Shown one piece after another: positions 32,701 through 39,397 of a stretch of DNA of 64,000 nucleotides. The notes below the pieces were generated by a model, which saw only the letters and a list, made by a program, of their open reading frames with translations, was not told the origin of the DNA and ran no database searches. Origin of the DNA: Planctomycetota bacterium (GTDB lineage: Bacteria; Planctomycetota; UBA8108; SXIK01). The number at the start of each line of letters is the position of its first letter. Within the stretch, counting starts at the first letter, position 1. The stretch lies in assembly GCA_965223265.1 (NCBI GenBank), contig OZ244999.1:3264001-3328000 (forward strand), written 5' to 3'. A program made the translations under genes and the position numbers.

Positions 32701-32779
32701 GCCTTTGGTTGATCCCCTTATGCATCCGCACTTTCCCGACGGTCCATCTGCCGGGAGTGTACCCAGCGGGCGGCGTTGA
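26756..32779 (+). CDS. Rhs/YD-repeat polymorphic toxin with Sec-type signal peptide
   Basis: Many YD repeats; core ERYLYDPYG...RREYSPYIGRFLQTDPIG...NVDPIG; divergent C-terminus; GGAG SD before ATG 26756. Confidence 0.92.
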   Translation: MSSTLQLRPKKLLRLTLLFTVICVFWAAGVLQSLRANAPPPPPEPAAPFAVSAPENSLGIQERRNSVTLPSGGEIHYHEGIVRYKAIGISLPGPGRGFAHIPTYCNRHENGSNIGSNDGNFESPQGVNWHTGLLRLLEMDNNVIYVVGEGTASSKYEKTSTYWQGTQGIDAEIHSKSDELVLRSTEGSVVYFYDFDQGELSGKPKRLVDPIGNDILTMSYYATGPVNELKTVTHSTGRTWNYTYINNAGKQRISTIEIKNNFDIIVAEIEYLYFDSQYEGNSQSDMFHTGSGTDGDLMRIIVKEKDSNENIGDRIRTIAFRYYTGSKAHKLKYVVGPQSYKDLESTYGDPLKSTDVQIDEYDTHYYQYDSIGRVTGSFVQTTECNCSSGETLYAYEERTLKPTDFNSWATRVTQTNPDGTAKIVDVNIAGSIITEIIQSDDAWIPGEQRWITHYDFDSEGRVVGIAYPSAVSSYEESTHTATVLSSSGLIHGITYDSSGNLVEQRVKEGSARVGYLVRKVAYGSKSLGSNTIYFPTSEKTYTIETTADNSGAETTFTYEWYPDVNDVDEDSDVLEDSLQVEEIETTLVSVPTIENGEGVPHSRSVYFDTKGQMVWGKDESGSITYREYDPHMGVVVTLINDANTAGLGPPGGYTSSSGLHLEFSYSLDDYGRVISMTDPEGRVEKYFYTHLLNGNAVTLTYPHVDDSGNTAETPVAIVVYDHNGDRVTEAMGVPGGVDEPDSNLFDDFTTNELLIEDAFLGSLYGRVDFEYSGGKKIKRIEWSEGSDGSQEKWETVFAYDTMGRIERERDDGGTIKKHTYTVAGKIKTLSIGTSDGPSGNMTTVRRWYYDNEELSGGTTGNGNLTREEHFIDSSSSHIVNYLYDWRDRRTSASHEEDVVEVWTYDNNNRPTEYYLYQGDPTPANLREKRERNYDVRGNVYKIVTYEVEKNGPVPPLGTIGSSTSTNIWRDPRGAFIKIASPKGLFRKYEYDGAQRLIKSYTSYDTDETAYADATGVSDDIVIEQVEFDHDKTGKILLKTEFSRREEHLLPGALDGSSGIRHYECLWYDAMHRPTHVADYGTNGGSDLIRPLVPPIASDSVLLTVANYDEVGRIQDEIDVDGDVKRYGYDNFGRLTSIVDNFVDGIPGDSDDDRKQVISYNSVHQVTHRKIWMSSSETQETEWVYGVAIGTGEGQSRIASNRLVKIIRHPDPSTGQPADPPGNQEIFAYNIQEDVIHHEGRNGIKHVFEYDGLGRLVVDKVSNTEPWPDDVDSSIKRIQWSYDVSGRPVSVVSFTDVSGAAGSVDNEVRIVYNGFGQIRQSFQEHSGVVDSGTLSVSYSWSQASSGDPISRLIHLQYPGSGRRIYFQYDNSTGSTDHEKMDWVLNRISGISNVPSSLEDRIVDYSYEGFGRIVSKKYEVLGSGEVVFTYGYDSLGRRSSVNVQGLGNINDFAYGFNRSSAPIWREETYFGGKDERYTYDELGRVDGFERGDLDVAKTSIESVVRSQGWTLDLLGNWEEVSTGGDATERSHNRANQIDEVDVGSGSGDPVYDENGNTEFIEKPAPSSRTFIYDGWNRVVGIKFGAQLVADYSYDGMNRRIRDGSADRDYYYTAQWQVLSERDGDSATDDSKMEYVWGYGYIDEIISRSEDGNNDGDTQDAADESVYYVQDDNWNVTTLIDEAGSVVERYLYDPYGLATIFSGMWGGQGSAVYRNRVLFGGRLWNASGLVYDYRRREYSPYIGRFLQTDPIGIWGDPGSSGNGYLFVGGSPLANVDPIGEKGGRRGGGIRELRPYKHDWHVYRRNLRRERERREEAQRRRRNEEEVDQLEIVVEVPIRPQVYLMRPNGPPIPPPDPFATRKPVYECTFEVTERQGGGAADEGFAIYENEECPPAESNCRVCWVDRRSELRVCSSFDGWAQPHDGDCAGKRYYSECKYTNRMKDWLLEIAVTKPGGWNAEFRGQYGIAGLCGLGYAIRPSQPDRLKPLVDPLMHPHFPDGPSAGSVPSGRR

Positions 32780-33105
32780 TTTGTCCGCGCAGTCCTGAGA
32801 GTGCGAAGCAAAGGAGAGGGAACGGTGGCTTCTTGTTTCTGCCTCGAGTGAGGCAAGACGCGAACCCATGGTCAGGGCTCCCGGGGTGTCGCGGCAGCTC
32901 GATCTGACAGGCGCACACTTTTGATTTAGGTGTTTCGTTGATGGCGGCTCTAAATAAATTTTGTCGATAGAGCGCTTTATATGTTAGCCGATGCTGCGTA
33001 GGTATCCTTTCTTGGCTTGTCGATTTGTGCGCCGAGGCATTTTGATGAAGGTGTCTATTGATCGTAATGCAGGTTTTTGGGATGATGAGTTCGTCTGTTT
33101 TGTCC

Positions 33106-33801
33106 ATGGGCAATGCCGTGCGTAGGCTTTCTTGGGTGTTTTGTCTGGTTGTTTTCTTGGTCAGTTGTGCCAAGCATTCGGATTCCTCCGCGAAGGCAAG
33201 AAGAATTGGCGTTAATAAGTCGACTGACGGGAGAGGCATGATCGACCGATCGACGTATGGGGTTCCTGGCGATTTTTCGGATCGAGCTTTGCTGCCAGGA
33301 AAAGCCATCCAATTCAAGGGCTGGCGCGGATACACAGGGGATTCTTCGGTGAAGGGTTTGGAGAGTGCCCTTGAGTTTAGGTTTCCCGAGAAGTTTGTCG
33401 ATCAATGTAGGAAGCATAACGGTGGAAGTCTTGGTGGGATGTTGCTCTTTAATACGACTGAATGCAGGGGGCTCGCTGTCGGAGGGTTTCTGGGATTCGG
33501 GGAACCAATTGGTGTTGTCGGTTCATTTGAATTCCAAGATGATAGCATCGTTGGGGCCATCAGATCCAATGCATGCTTCAGCGATGGCGGTTCTTTAGCG
33601 TCCATTGTACCGTTTGCTCGAGTGATTGGTTCGATCGCTGCCGCAGAGCAGAACAACCCGTGGAACGAGGAGGGTTACTTAGCGTTCAAGAAGTCGGACG
33701 GATCGATCTATTTGGCATTGCCGAGCATTGAGAAAACCCACAGAGTGGCGGAGGACTACACTTCGTTTGTCGAGCATTCCGCATTTATGCCTCTGGATTG
33801 A
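33106..33801 (+). CDS. SMI1/KNR4 (SUKH) family immunity protein (start 33106 or 33238)
   Basis: LESALEFRFPEKFVDQCRKHNGG, IVPFA and VAEDYTSFVE; downstream of the Rhs gene. Confidence 0.7.
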   Translation: MGNAVRRLSWVFCLVVFLVSCAKHSDSSAKARRIGVNKSTDGRGMIDRSTYGVPGDFSDRALLPGKAIQFKGWRGYTGDSSVKGLESALEFRFPEKFVDQCRKHNGGSLGGMLLFNTTECRGLAVGGFLGFGEPIGVVGSFEFQDDSIVGAIRSNACFSDGGSLASIVPFARVIGSIAAAEQNNPWNEEGYLAFKKSDGSIYLALPSIEKTHRVAEDYTSFVEHSAFMPLD

Positions 33802-34283
33802 CTTTTTCTGATCACCGGTGACAACGTGGATCCTTGAAGGTTTGATGGGGCGAAACGCGTTGTATCGAAGCTGTTCGCTGGTCCGACGCGCTCTCACGGA
33901 GCTGTTCGTGCGTCGCCGCCTCCCAGAATGCTTCTTCTAGTTTCCGTGTGGGTAAAGTTGTACGTTGCCGCAGTGAAAGAGGATCGCGTCGGTGCGGGGC
34001 GTTGGTGGAAGCTTCTGGCGAACTGTGCGGAGGAGCTTCAACTCCTCGTCGTTCGACCACCCCGCGACCCTCACCTCGTCGACACGTTCCTGCAGGAAAT
34101 GGTCGACCCTCATACTGACAGACGCCCACTCTTGAGTCAGGTGTTTCGTTGATGTGGCGCCGTAAGTTTCATTTCTACAGAGCTTTGCGTAAACGTCCGG
34201 TGAAGCACATCTGGCGTGGCGTGTCGTTGTGTGGAGACTTCGTGGTCGAGGAGGTGAACCGCTTTACTGGACTCAAAAACCAC

Positions 34284-34325
34284 CACGATGCAACACGATG
34301 CAAAACGTATACGGTATACGTTTTG
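34284..34325. repeat. Putative integrase arm-type sites
   Basis: Tandem CACGATGCAA x2, then palindrome CAAAACGTATAC-G-GTATACGTTTTG. CGGTATACGTTT is the reverse complement of 21714-21725. Confidence 0.55.
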
Positions 34326-34477
34326 ACCCCAAATCGACCGCATTCGACTGGTCAGCGACAATTACTCCTATCGCCCGACGACAACTATTTCTTTCGGGCG
34401 ACGACAATTAGAAGTTTCGGGTGCGATCCGGCGGTCGCGACGTCGTAACCTCCGCTCCCAGAAGGGAGTGGGGAGAT

Positions 34478-35977
34478 ATGAAGAACGACCATCAAGTGAG
34501 GCTTTTGATGTCGCTGACGAACGAAGGAGTGCCGCTGGAGAGCGCGGCGGCGCGGGCAGGTATGAGCGCCCCGACAGCAAGGAAATACCGAGATTTGGGG
34601 AAATTTCCGAGTGAGACTCGGGGGCAGAGGACCTGGCGGACACGGGATGACCCATTCGCTGAGGTGAGAGAAGAGATCGACGAGCTTCTGAGCGGCGACA
34701 GCGGGCTGGAGGCGAAGACGATCTTCGAGGAACTCGGGCGTCGTTACCCAGGTCGGTTTCGCCCGGGGCAGCTCAGGACACTGCAGAGGCGGATCCGCGA
34801 GTGGCGAGCGCTGAAGGGGCCGGCAAAAGAAGTATTCTTTCCGCAGCAGTGGCCTCCCGGAGAGCAAGGTCAGTCGGACTTCACCGACATGCGGACTCTG
34901 GGCATCACGATCGGCGGGCAGTCGTTTGGACATCTGTTGTACCACTTCGTTCTGCCGTACTCGAACTGGGAGTACGTGGACGTGGCGTACTCGGAGAGTT
35001 TCGAGGCACTGAGCCAAGGACTCCAGCGAGCGCTGCGTGAGCTTGGCAAGGTTCCCAGCGTGCATCGCACCGACAATCTTTCGGCCGCGACTCACAGACT
35101 GCGCGAGACGCGCGGTCGTGGATTCACGCAGCGCTACCTCGAGCTTCTCCATCACTACGGCCTCAAACCATCGAAGAACCGTCCGGGCAAGGCGAACGAG
35201 AACGGAGATGTGGAGTCGAGCCACAGGCAGCTCAAGCGGTCCATCGACCAGCGCCTGCGTCTGCGAGGTAGCCGCGATTTCGACAGCGTCGAGCACTACG
35301 TCGAGTTTCTCAGACAGCTCGTGCGCAAGCGCAACACTCACCGCGCAGAGCGAGTTCAAAAAGAGCTCGTGAAGATGCGCAGTCTTCCAGCGCGAGCGCT
35401 GGACTGCTTCCGCGAGCAAACGACGACTGTCTCACGCTGGAGTACGGTTCGCGTCGCAGGGAAGACATACTCCGTGCCGTCAAGATTGCGCGGAGAGCGA
35501 CTCAGAGCCCGCATCTACGCCGACATCATCGAACTGGAGTACAAGGGCAAGGTGATTGAGCGCATGGAACGTCTCAGAGCAAAGGACGCGGCACGGATTG
35601 ACTATCGCCATATCATCGCCTCGCTGGTGAGAAAGCCCGGCGCGTTTGAGCGCTACGTGTACCGCGAGGCGCTGTTTCCCAGCGTCGTCTTTCGTCGCGC
35701 GTATGACAGACTGCTTGAGAAGTCGGCTGGCCGCGCAGATCTCGAATACCTGCGGATCCTACAGCTAGCTGCTACGACGATGGAGTGTCGTGTGGAGTCG
35801 GCGCTCGCTCAGCTACTGGCAGAAGATCGCGTGCCCGATTACGGTTCGACGAAGGATCTTGTCGAGCCGAACGACTCCGCCGCAGCACCCCGAGTGACGG
35901 TCGCGGAACCTGATCTTCTCCTTTACGACAGCTTGATCGGATGGAGTGAAGAAGAGACGGAAAAGGAGGCGTCATGA
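34478..35977 (+). CDS. istA: IS21 transposase
   Basis: HTH, QSDFT, RTDNL and ENGDVES DDE triad. Confidence 0.92.
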   Translation: MKNDHQVRLLMSLTNEGVPLESAAARAGMSAPTARKYRDLGKFPSETRGQRTWRTRDDPFAEVREEIDELLSGDSGLEAKTIFEELGRRYPGRFRPGQLRTLQRRIREWRALKGPAKEVFFPQQWPPGEQGQSDFTDMRTLGITIGGQSFGHLLYHFVLPYSNWEYVDVAYSESFEALSQGLQRALRELGKVPSVHRTDNLSAATHRLRETRGRGFTQRYLELLHHYGLKPSKNRPGKANENGDVESSHRQLKRSIDQRLRLRGSRDFDSVEHYVEFLRQLVRKRNTHRAERVQKELVKMRSLPARALDCFREQTTTVSRWSTVRVAGKTYSVPSRLRGERLRARIYADIIELEYKGKVIERMERLRAKDAARIDYRHIIASLVRKPGAFERYVYREALFPSVVFRRAYDRLLEKSAGRADLEYLRILQLAATTMECRVESALAQLLAEDRVPDYGSTKDLVEPNDSAAAPRVTVAEPDLLLYDSLIGWSEEETEKEAS

Positions 35978-36753
35978 CCGAGAGCACACTCACGCTGCGA
36001 CTGAAGGCATTTCGGTTGCCGTCATTTCTCGGAAACTATCAAGATCTCGCCGAACGTGCGAAGAAGCAGGGCTGGAGCCACGTGCGTTACCTCGACGAAC
36101 TGGCGAATATAGAGGCGCAGGACCGCAAGGATCGCCGCATAGATCGCCTGAAGCGGCAGTCAAAACTGCCGCGGGATAAGACGCTCTCGACGCTGAAGCA
36201 GAGACGATTCCCCGCAGCGGTGAGAGGACAGATCAAGTCGCTATGCCAAGGCGACTTTCTTGAAGGCTCGACGAACCTGTGCATTTTCGGCAACCCTGGC
36301 ACGGGCAAGACGCACGTCATGTCAGCCATCGGGCATGAACTGGTGAACATGGGCCACACGGTTCTCTTCACAACGGCGTGCGAGCTCGTCGAGCGTCTGC
36401 TTGAAGCGAAGAGAGACCTGCGGCTCAGCAGGGAGCTGCGCAAACTCGACAACTTCGAGTGCCTGGCGCTCGACGACATCGGTTACGTGCAGCAAGACCG
36501 CTCGGAGATGGAAGTGCTCTTCACGCTCCTTGCCGAACGCTATGAGCGAAGGAGCGTGCTGATCACCAGCAATCTGGTCTTCTCGAAGTGGGATCAAATC
36601 TTCAAGGACGCAATGACGACCGCGGCAGCGATCGATCGCGTGGTGCACCATTCCGTGATCATGGAGCTGAGCGTTCCCAGCTTTCGGCAAGAGGTAGCGA
36701 AGAGTCGGACGCGAAGCTCACAGACCAAGGAGGACGAGAGACCAAAAGACTAA
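35974..36753 (+). CDS. istB: IS21 helper ATPase
   Basis: GNPGTGKT, LALDDIGY, ITSN and AAAIDRVVHH; ATGA overlap with istA. Confidence 0.95.
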   Translation: MTESTLTLRLKAFRLPSFLGNYQDLAERAKKQGWSHVRYLDELANIEAQDRKDRRIDRLKRQSKLPRDKTLSTLKQRRFPAAVRGQIKSLCQGDFLEGSTNLCIFGNPGTGKTHVMSAIGHELVNMGHTVLFTTACELVERLLEAKRDLRLSRELRKLDNFECLALDDIGYVQQDRSEMEVLFTLLAERYERRSVLITSNLVFSKWDQIFKDAMTTAAAIDRVVHHSVIMELSVPSFRQEVAKSRTRSSQTKEDERPKD

Positions 36754-36950
36754 ATTGTAGTTCTGGCAACCTTCTCCCCCCGCGGGGGGAGAAGGTCACG
36801 ACCTACCGGTCGTGACGGTATTTCTAATTGTCGCCAGAGAAAGAAATAGTTGACGTCGACCAGCATTCGACACCAATATTGCGATTGCTGCCTCACTGTG
36901 ATATGTTATTGCGCAACGGTTTAGAAAAACTGTTGCCGCCGCGGGAGCGA

Positions 36951-37015
36951 CTCCGGAGCAGAAGGTCCCAGGTTTGAGTCCTGGCGGGGTCACCAACGCA
37001 GCTTCCGCCGAATCC
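36951..37015 (+). repeat. att-site duplicate of the 3' half of tRNA-Arg
   Basis: Exact copy of 21588-21652. Confidence 0.95.
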
Positions 37016-37019
37016 CGTC

Positions 37020-37195
37020 GCCCGGGAATTTCTGAGACGCCGTCGCGAGAGGTCGTCAGGGCGTCTCTGGCAAGGAGCGAGCGTCGAGCCGACCGGAGGT
37101 GTGGTTCTTCCACAGTGAGGATCGGGTCGACGCTCGAGGCGGAGCCCAGAGGCGGTCTGACGACCTCGCAGCAGGTGTCTCAGGAATTCCCGGGC
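37020..37195. repeat. 176-bp foldback (long imperfect inverted repeat)
   Basis: GCCCGGGAATTTCTGAGACGCC... pairs with ...GGTGTCTCAGGAATTCCCGGGC. Pairing continues through GAGGTCGTCAG, CTCTGG and CGAGCGTCGA to a TGTGG-TTCTT-CCACA apex. Confidence 0.8.
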
Positions 37196-37197
37196 TG

Positions 37198-37295
37198 GTT
37201 AGGATACCTTCCCCGCCCGAGAAGGGCGGGGAGGCGCGGCTCTGAACCGTATACAAACGTATACCGACGGAGGAGTCGCCCATGGCGAGAGGCAT
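37198..37295 (+). pseudogene. Remnant leader and first codons of a sibling island integrase
   Basis: Near-identical to 21657-21754 (hairpin, GTATAC repeats, SD, ATGGCGAGAGGCAT), followed by an in-frame TGA. Confidence 0.8.
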
Positions 37296-37416
37296 GACGC
37301 CGCCTCGTAGTAGACTTTGATCTTGTCGATGCCGGTTCCGATCGGGTGACAGTTCCTCACCCGACGTATTCCCGTGCGGTCAGATCCTCCAACGACCTCC
37401 ATGCGGGCAACTTTCC

Positions 37417-37623
37417 ATGGACAGGAAGAACCAGATCGTCAACGACGGACAGAGGCGAGCCTACGACGCTTCCATCAACCAAGTTCGCGCGGAAGTCGAG
37501 GCGAAATACGCCGAGGAACTGAAAAAGGCAGATGCGTGGAAGACGGTGCAGGTTCGCCGGAAGGTGGAGGGCGAGATCAAGGAACGGATGGAGCGGATGG
37601 CGCCGAAGTCGGGGCTCTACTGA
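37417..37623 (+). CDS. Small helical hypothetical protein (68 aa)
   Basis: Protein-like composition and host-like codon use; overlaps the convergent gene by 47 nt. Confidence 0.5.
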   Translation: MDRKNQIVNDGQRRAYDASINQVRAEVEAKYAEELKKADAWKTVQVRRKVEGEIKERMERMAPKSGLY

Positions 37624-38944
37624 GCAGCCGGGCGTTCCCCGTCGACTTCGGAGGTTCTCTGTACGGCCTACCTCTCTCGTACAGCGTCAGTCGAATCTCG
37701 TCTCCTTGCCGATCCTCTTCCGCGGCAAGCTCAACGGCTTTCCGTGCCCACCTTACAGCCTTCTCGAAATCGCCACACTCAGCATAGGCAGCGCCGAGAG
37801 TATCGAGGATGGCTTCCGAGTTCCATTCGGTCAGTTCACAAGCGCGGGTCGCCAGCGCGACAGCTTTCTCTCCATCACGTACACCGCCTTCCGGGCACGT
37901 GCAGAGAAGCCACGCAAACGAGTTCAAGTGATCGGGATCTTCAGAGCCCAACTCGGTGACGACGCGAAAATCTTCAAGAGCTCTCTGGTACTCTCCCGTT
38001 TCCTGACGGAGCAGGGCTCGATAGTAGAAATCCGCTGCCTCGACAGGAGTCCATTCCCAGTCGCCCTCGCCGAGGAACTGCGCCGCCAGGTCCCCGATTC
38101 CCAATCCATAGACGTTTTTCGTAGCGGTGTCTCCGCAATCCAAGGAATCGGCCTCTTTGAGGAGTCGGAGGAACTGGTCTCGCCCTCGGGACAGAAGATT
38201 CCTAGTCAGCACCTCGGCGAGGTCGTAGCTCAGTTCCCGGCCAACGGTGGGACGCCGGAAACTTTCGCCCAACCAAAAACAGCGGAGGCCGCTATCCCTC
38301 CAGTATTTCTGATGTCTCTCAACCTCCTCCCGGTTCATCGCGAAGCGGGAGATTCCGAGAATCGCCTCCTCCATGATCTGCGTGACGCCCTCTTCGAGCC
38401 ACAGCGGCAGCGGACAACTTCCGAGGCATGCGTGCGTTAGTTCGTGGACGAGGACAAGCTCCAACGAGGAGTGCGCTGCGTGATTGAGCACGAAGTGAGG
38501 GTATCCATGAGACAGATAGACACCGCCGGAAGCGCCAAACTCACCTTCCGGATAGAAGTGCGAGATATACTCATAGTAGGAGTCTCTGTCAGCGAAGGAA
38601 ATGCACACGAACTTGCCATGGCCGTCTTTCTGTGCGACTCCAGGGAGCCCTTCGAGCATTTCCTTCAATGCCCGTTCGGCGACACGCGCAAGGTTGCGGG
38701 CGTGCGTTGGGCCGGCGGAAGTCAAAATCAGGAAGTTGTCGCTCTCGAAGACTTCATATCCCTCGCCGGCCGCAACCTTCACTGTTGCGAGCCACTGGCG
38801 AGCGAGATCGGTGCAGACTTCGTCGCGGTCGTCCTTGGCGCACTCCGTCGCAAGCCACCGGCCGACTTTGGCCCAATCGGGCCTCGGGAATCCGAAGAGG
38901 ACTGGGATGGAATCGAGGATGTCGTCGAGGTCCGGCACGCTCAC
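37577..38944 (-). CDS. Gluzincin-like metallopeptidase domain plus TPR repeats
   Basis: LVHELTHA...PLWLEEG; C-terminal TPR with NSFAWLLCT...AVALATRACEL...LDTLGAAYAE. Confidence 0.8.
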   Translation of the reverse strand: MSVPDLDDILDSIPVLFGFPRPDWAKVGRWLATECAKDDRDEVCTDLARQWLATVKVAAGEGYEVFESDNFLILTSAGPTHARNLARVAERALKEMLEGLPGVAQKDGHGKFVCISFADRDSYYEYISHFYPEGEFGASGGVYLSHGYPHFVLNHAAHSSLELVLVHELTHACLGSCPLPLWLEEGVTQIMEEAILGISRFAMNREEVERHQKYWRDSGLRCFWLGESFRRPTVGRELSYDLAEVLTRNLLSRGRDQFLRLLKEADSLDCGDTATKNVYGLGIGDLAAQFLGEGDWEWTPVEAADFYYRALLRQETGEYQRALEDFRVVTELGSEDPDHLNSFAWLLCTCPEGGVRDGEKAVALATRACELTEWNSEAILDTLGAAYAECGDFEKAVRWARKAVELAAEEDRQGDEIRLTLYERGRPYREPPKSTGNARLLSRAPTSAPSAPSVP

Positions 38945-39049
38945 GCCTGCTCCGTGCTGAGGGCTAAGTGTACGAGCTGTGTTTCGAACATTCTACCAAA
39001 GCCGGGAATGACCTTCGAGCCGATCCGTCTTTGAGCGTTCGGCCGTCGG

Positions 39050-39135
39050 GTGCCAAGACGGGCTCGGTCCCGCGGCCAAAGTATCGACGGCGGAGGCAAG
39101 CCGGACCTCCCGTTCAACGAAGTCGTTGGGCGCCG
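39050..39135 (+). pseudogene. Degenerate third integrase N-terminal fragment
   Basis: CCAAAGTATCGACGG...GGCAAGCCGGACCTCCCGTTCAACGAAGTCGTTGGG resembles 21780-21843 (GKPDLPFNEVVG vs GKPDLAFIEVGG). Confidence 0.55.
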
Positions 39136-39397
39136 TTCCTGCTTTTCCGCTCTCGCGTGGACGAAACACGAAGCGAAGATTAGGCTGGGCGCGGGTGCGT
39201 CCCAAACGCTCCCGATTCGCCCGTCGCTTCCGGCGAACAATCTGACCCACTCGCAGCCATGGAGTGGTGTTGCTTGCGGCCGGCTCGATGTTCTCACCGC
39301 TTATGACGTACAGCCGGTTTGCGATGAGGACGGCGGGCACGTCGTTTGTCGCGACCGGCATAGTGCTCGGCAGTCGGGTCCAGCGATCGGCCGCGAC

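Larger units (their letters stand above)
34349..36862 (+). mobile_element. IS21-family insertion sequence, 2,514 bp
   Basis: TGGTC...GACCA termini with repeated GACAA(T/C)TA motifs; 9-bp direct repeat GCATTCGAC at 34340-34348 and 36863-36871; carries istA/istB. Confidence 0.92.
21588..37015. mobile_element. Genomic island integrated in tRNA-Arg(CCG)
   Basis: Identical 65-bp direct repeats at 21588-21652 and 36951-37015 start at the anticodon loop. An integrase sits next to the tRNA and the cargo is lower in GC. Confidence 0.9.

Noticed and set aside
33812-34280. Short ORFs between the SUKH gene and IS21
   Set aside because: No recognisable motif or consistent frame; possibly a gene remnant but unsupported.
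36769-36796. Perfect 13-bp hairpin after istB
   Set aside because: Internal to the IS21 right end; probably an ordinary terminator-like structure.
36951-36995. Second tRNA-Arg gene
   Set aside because: Lacks the 5' acceptor strand and D-arm; it is the att duplicate.
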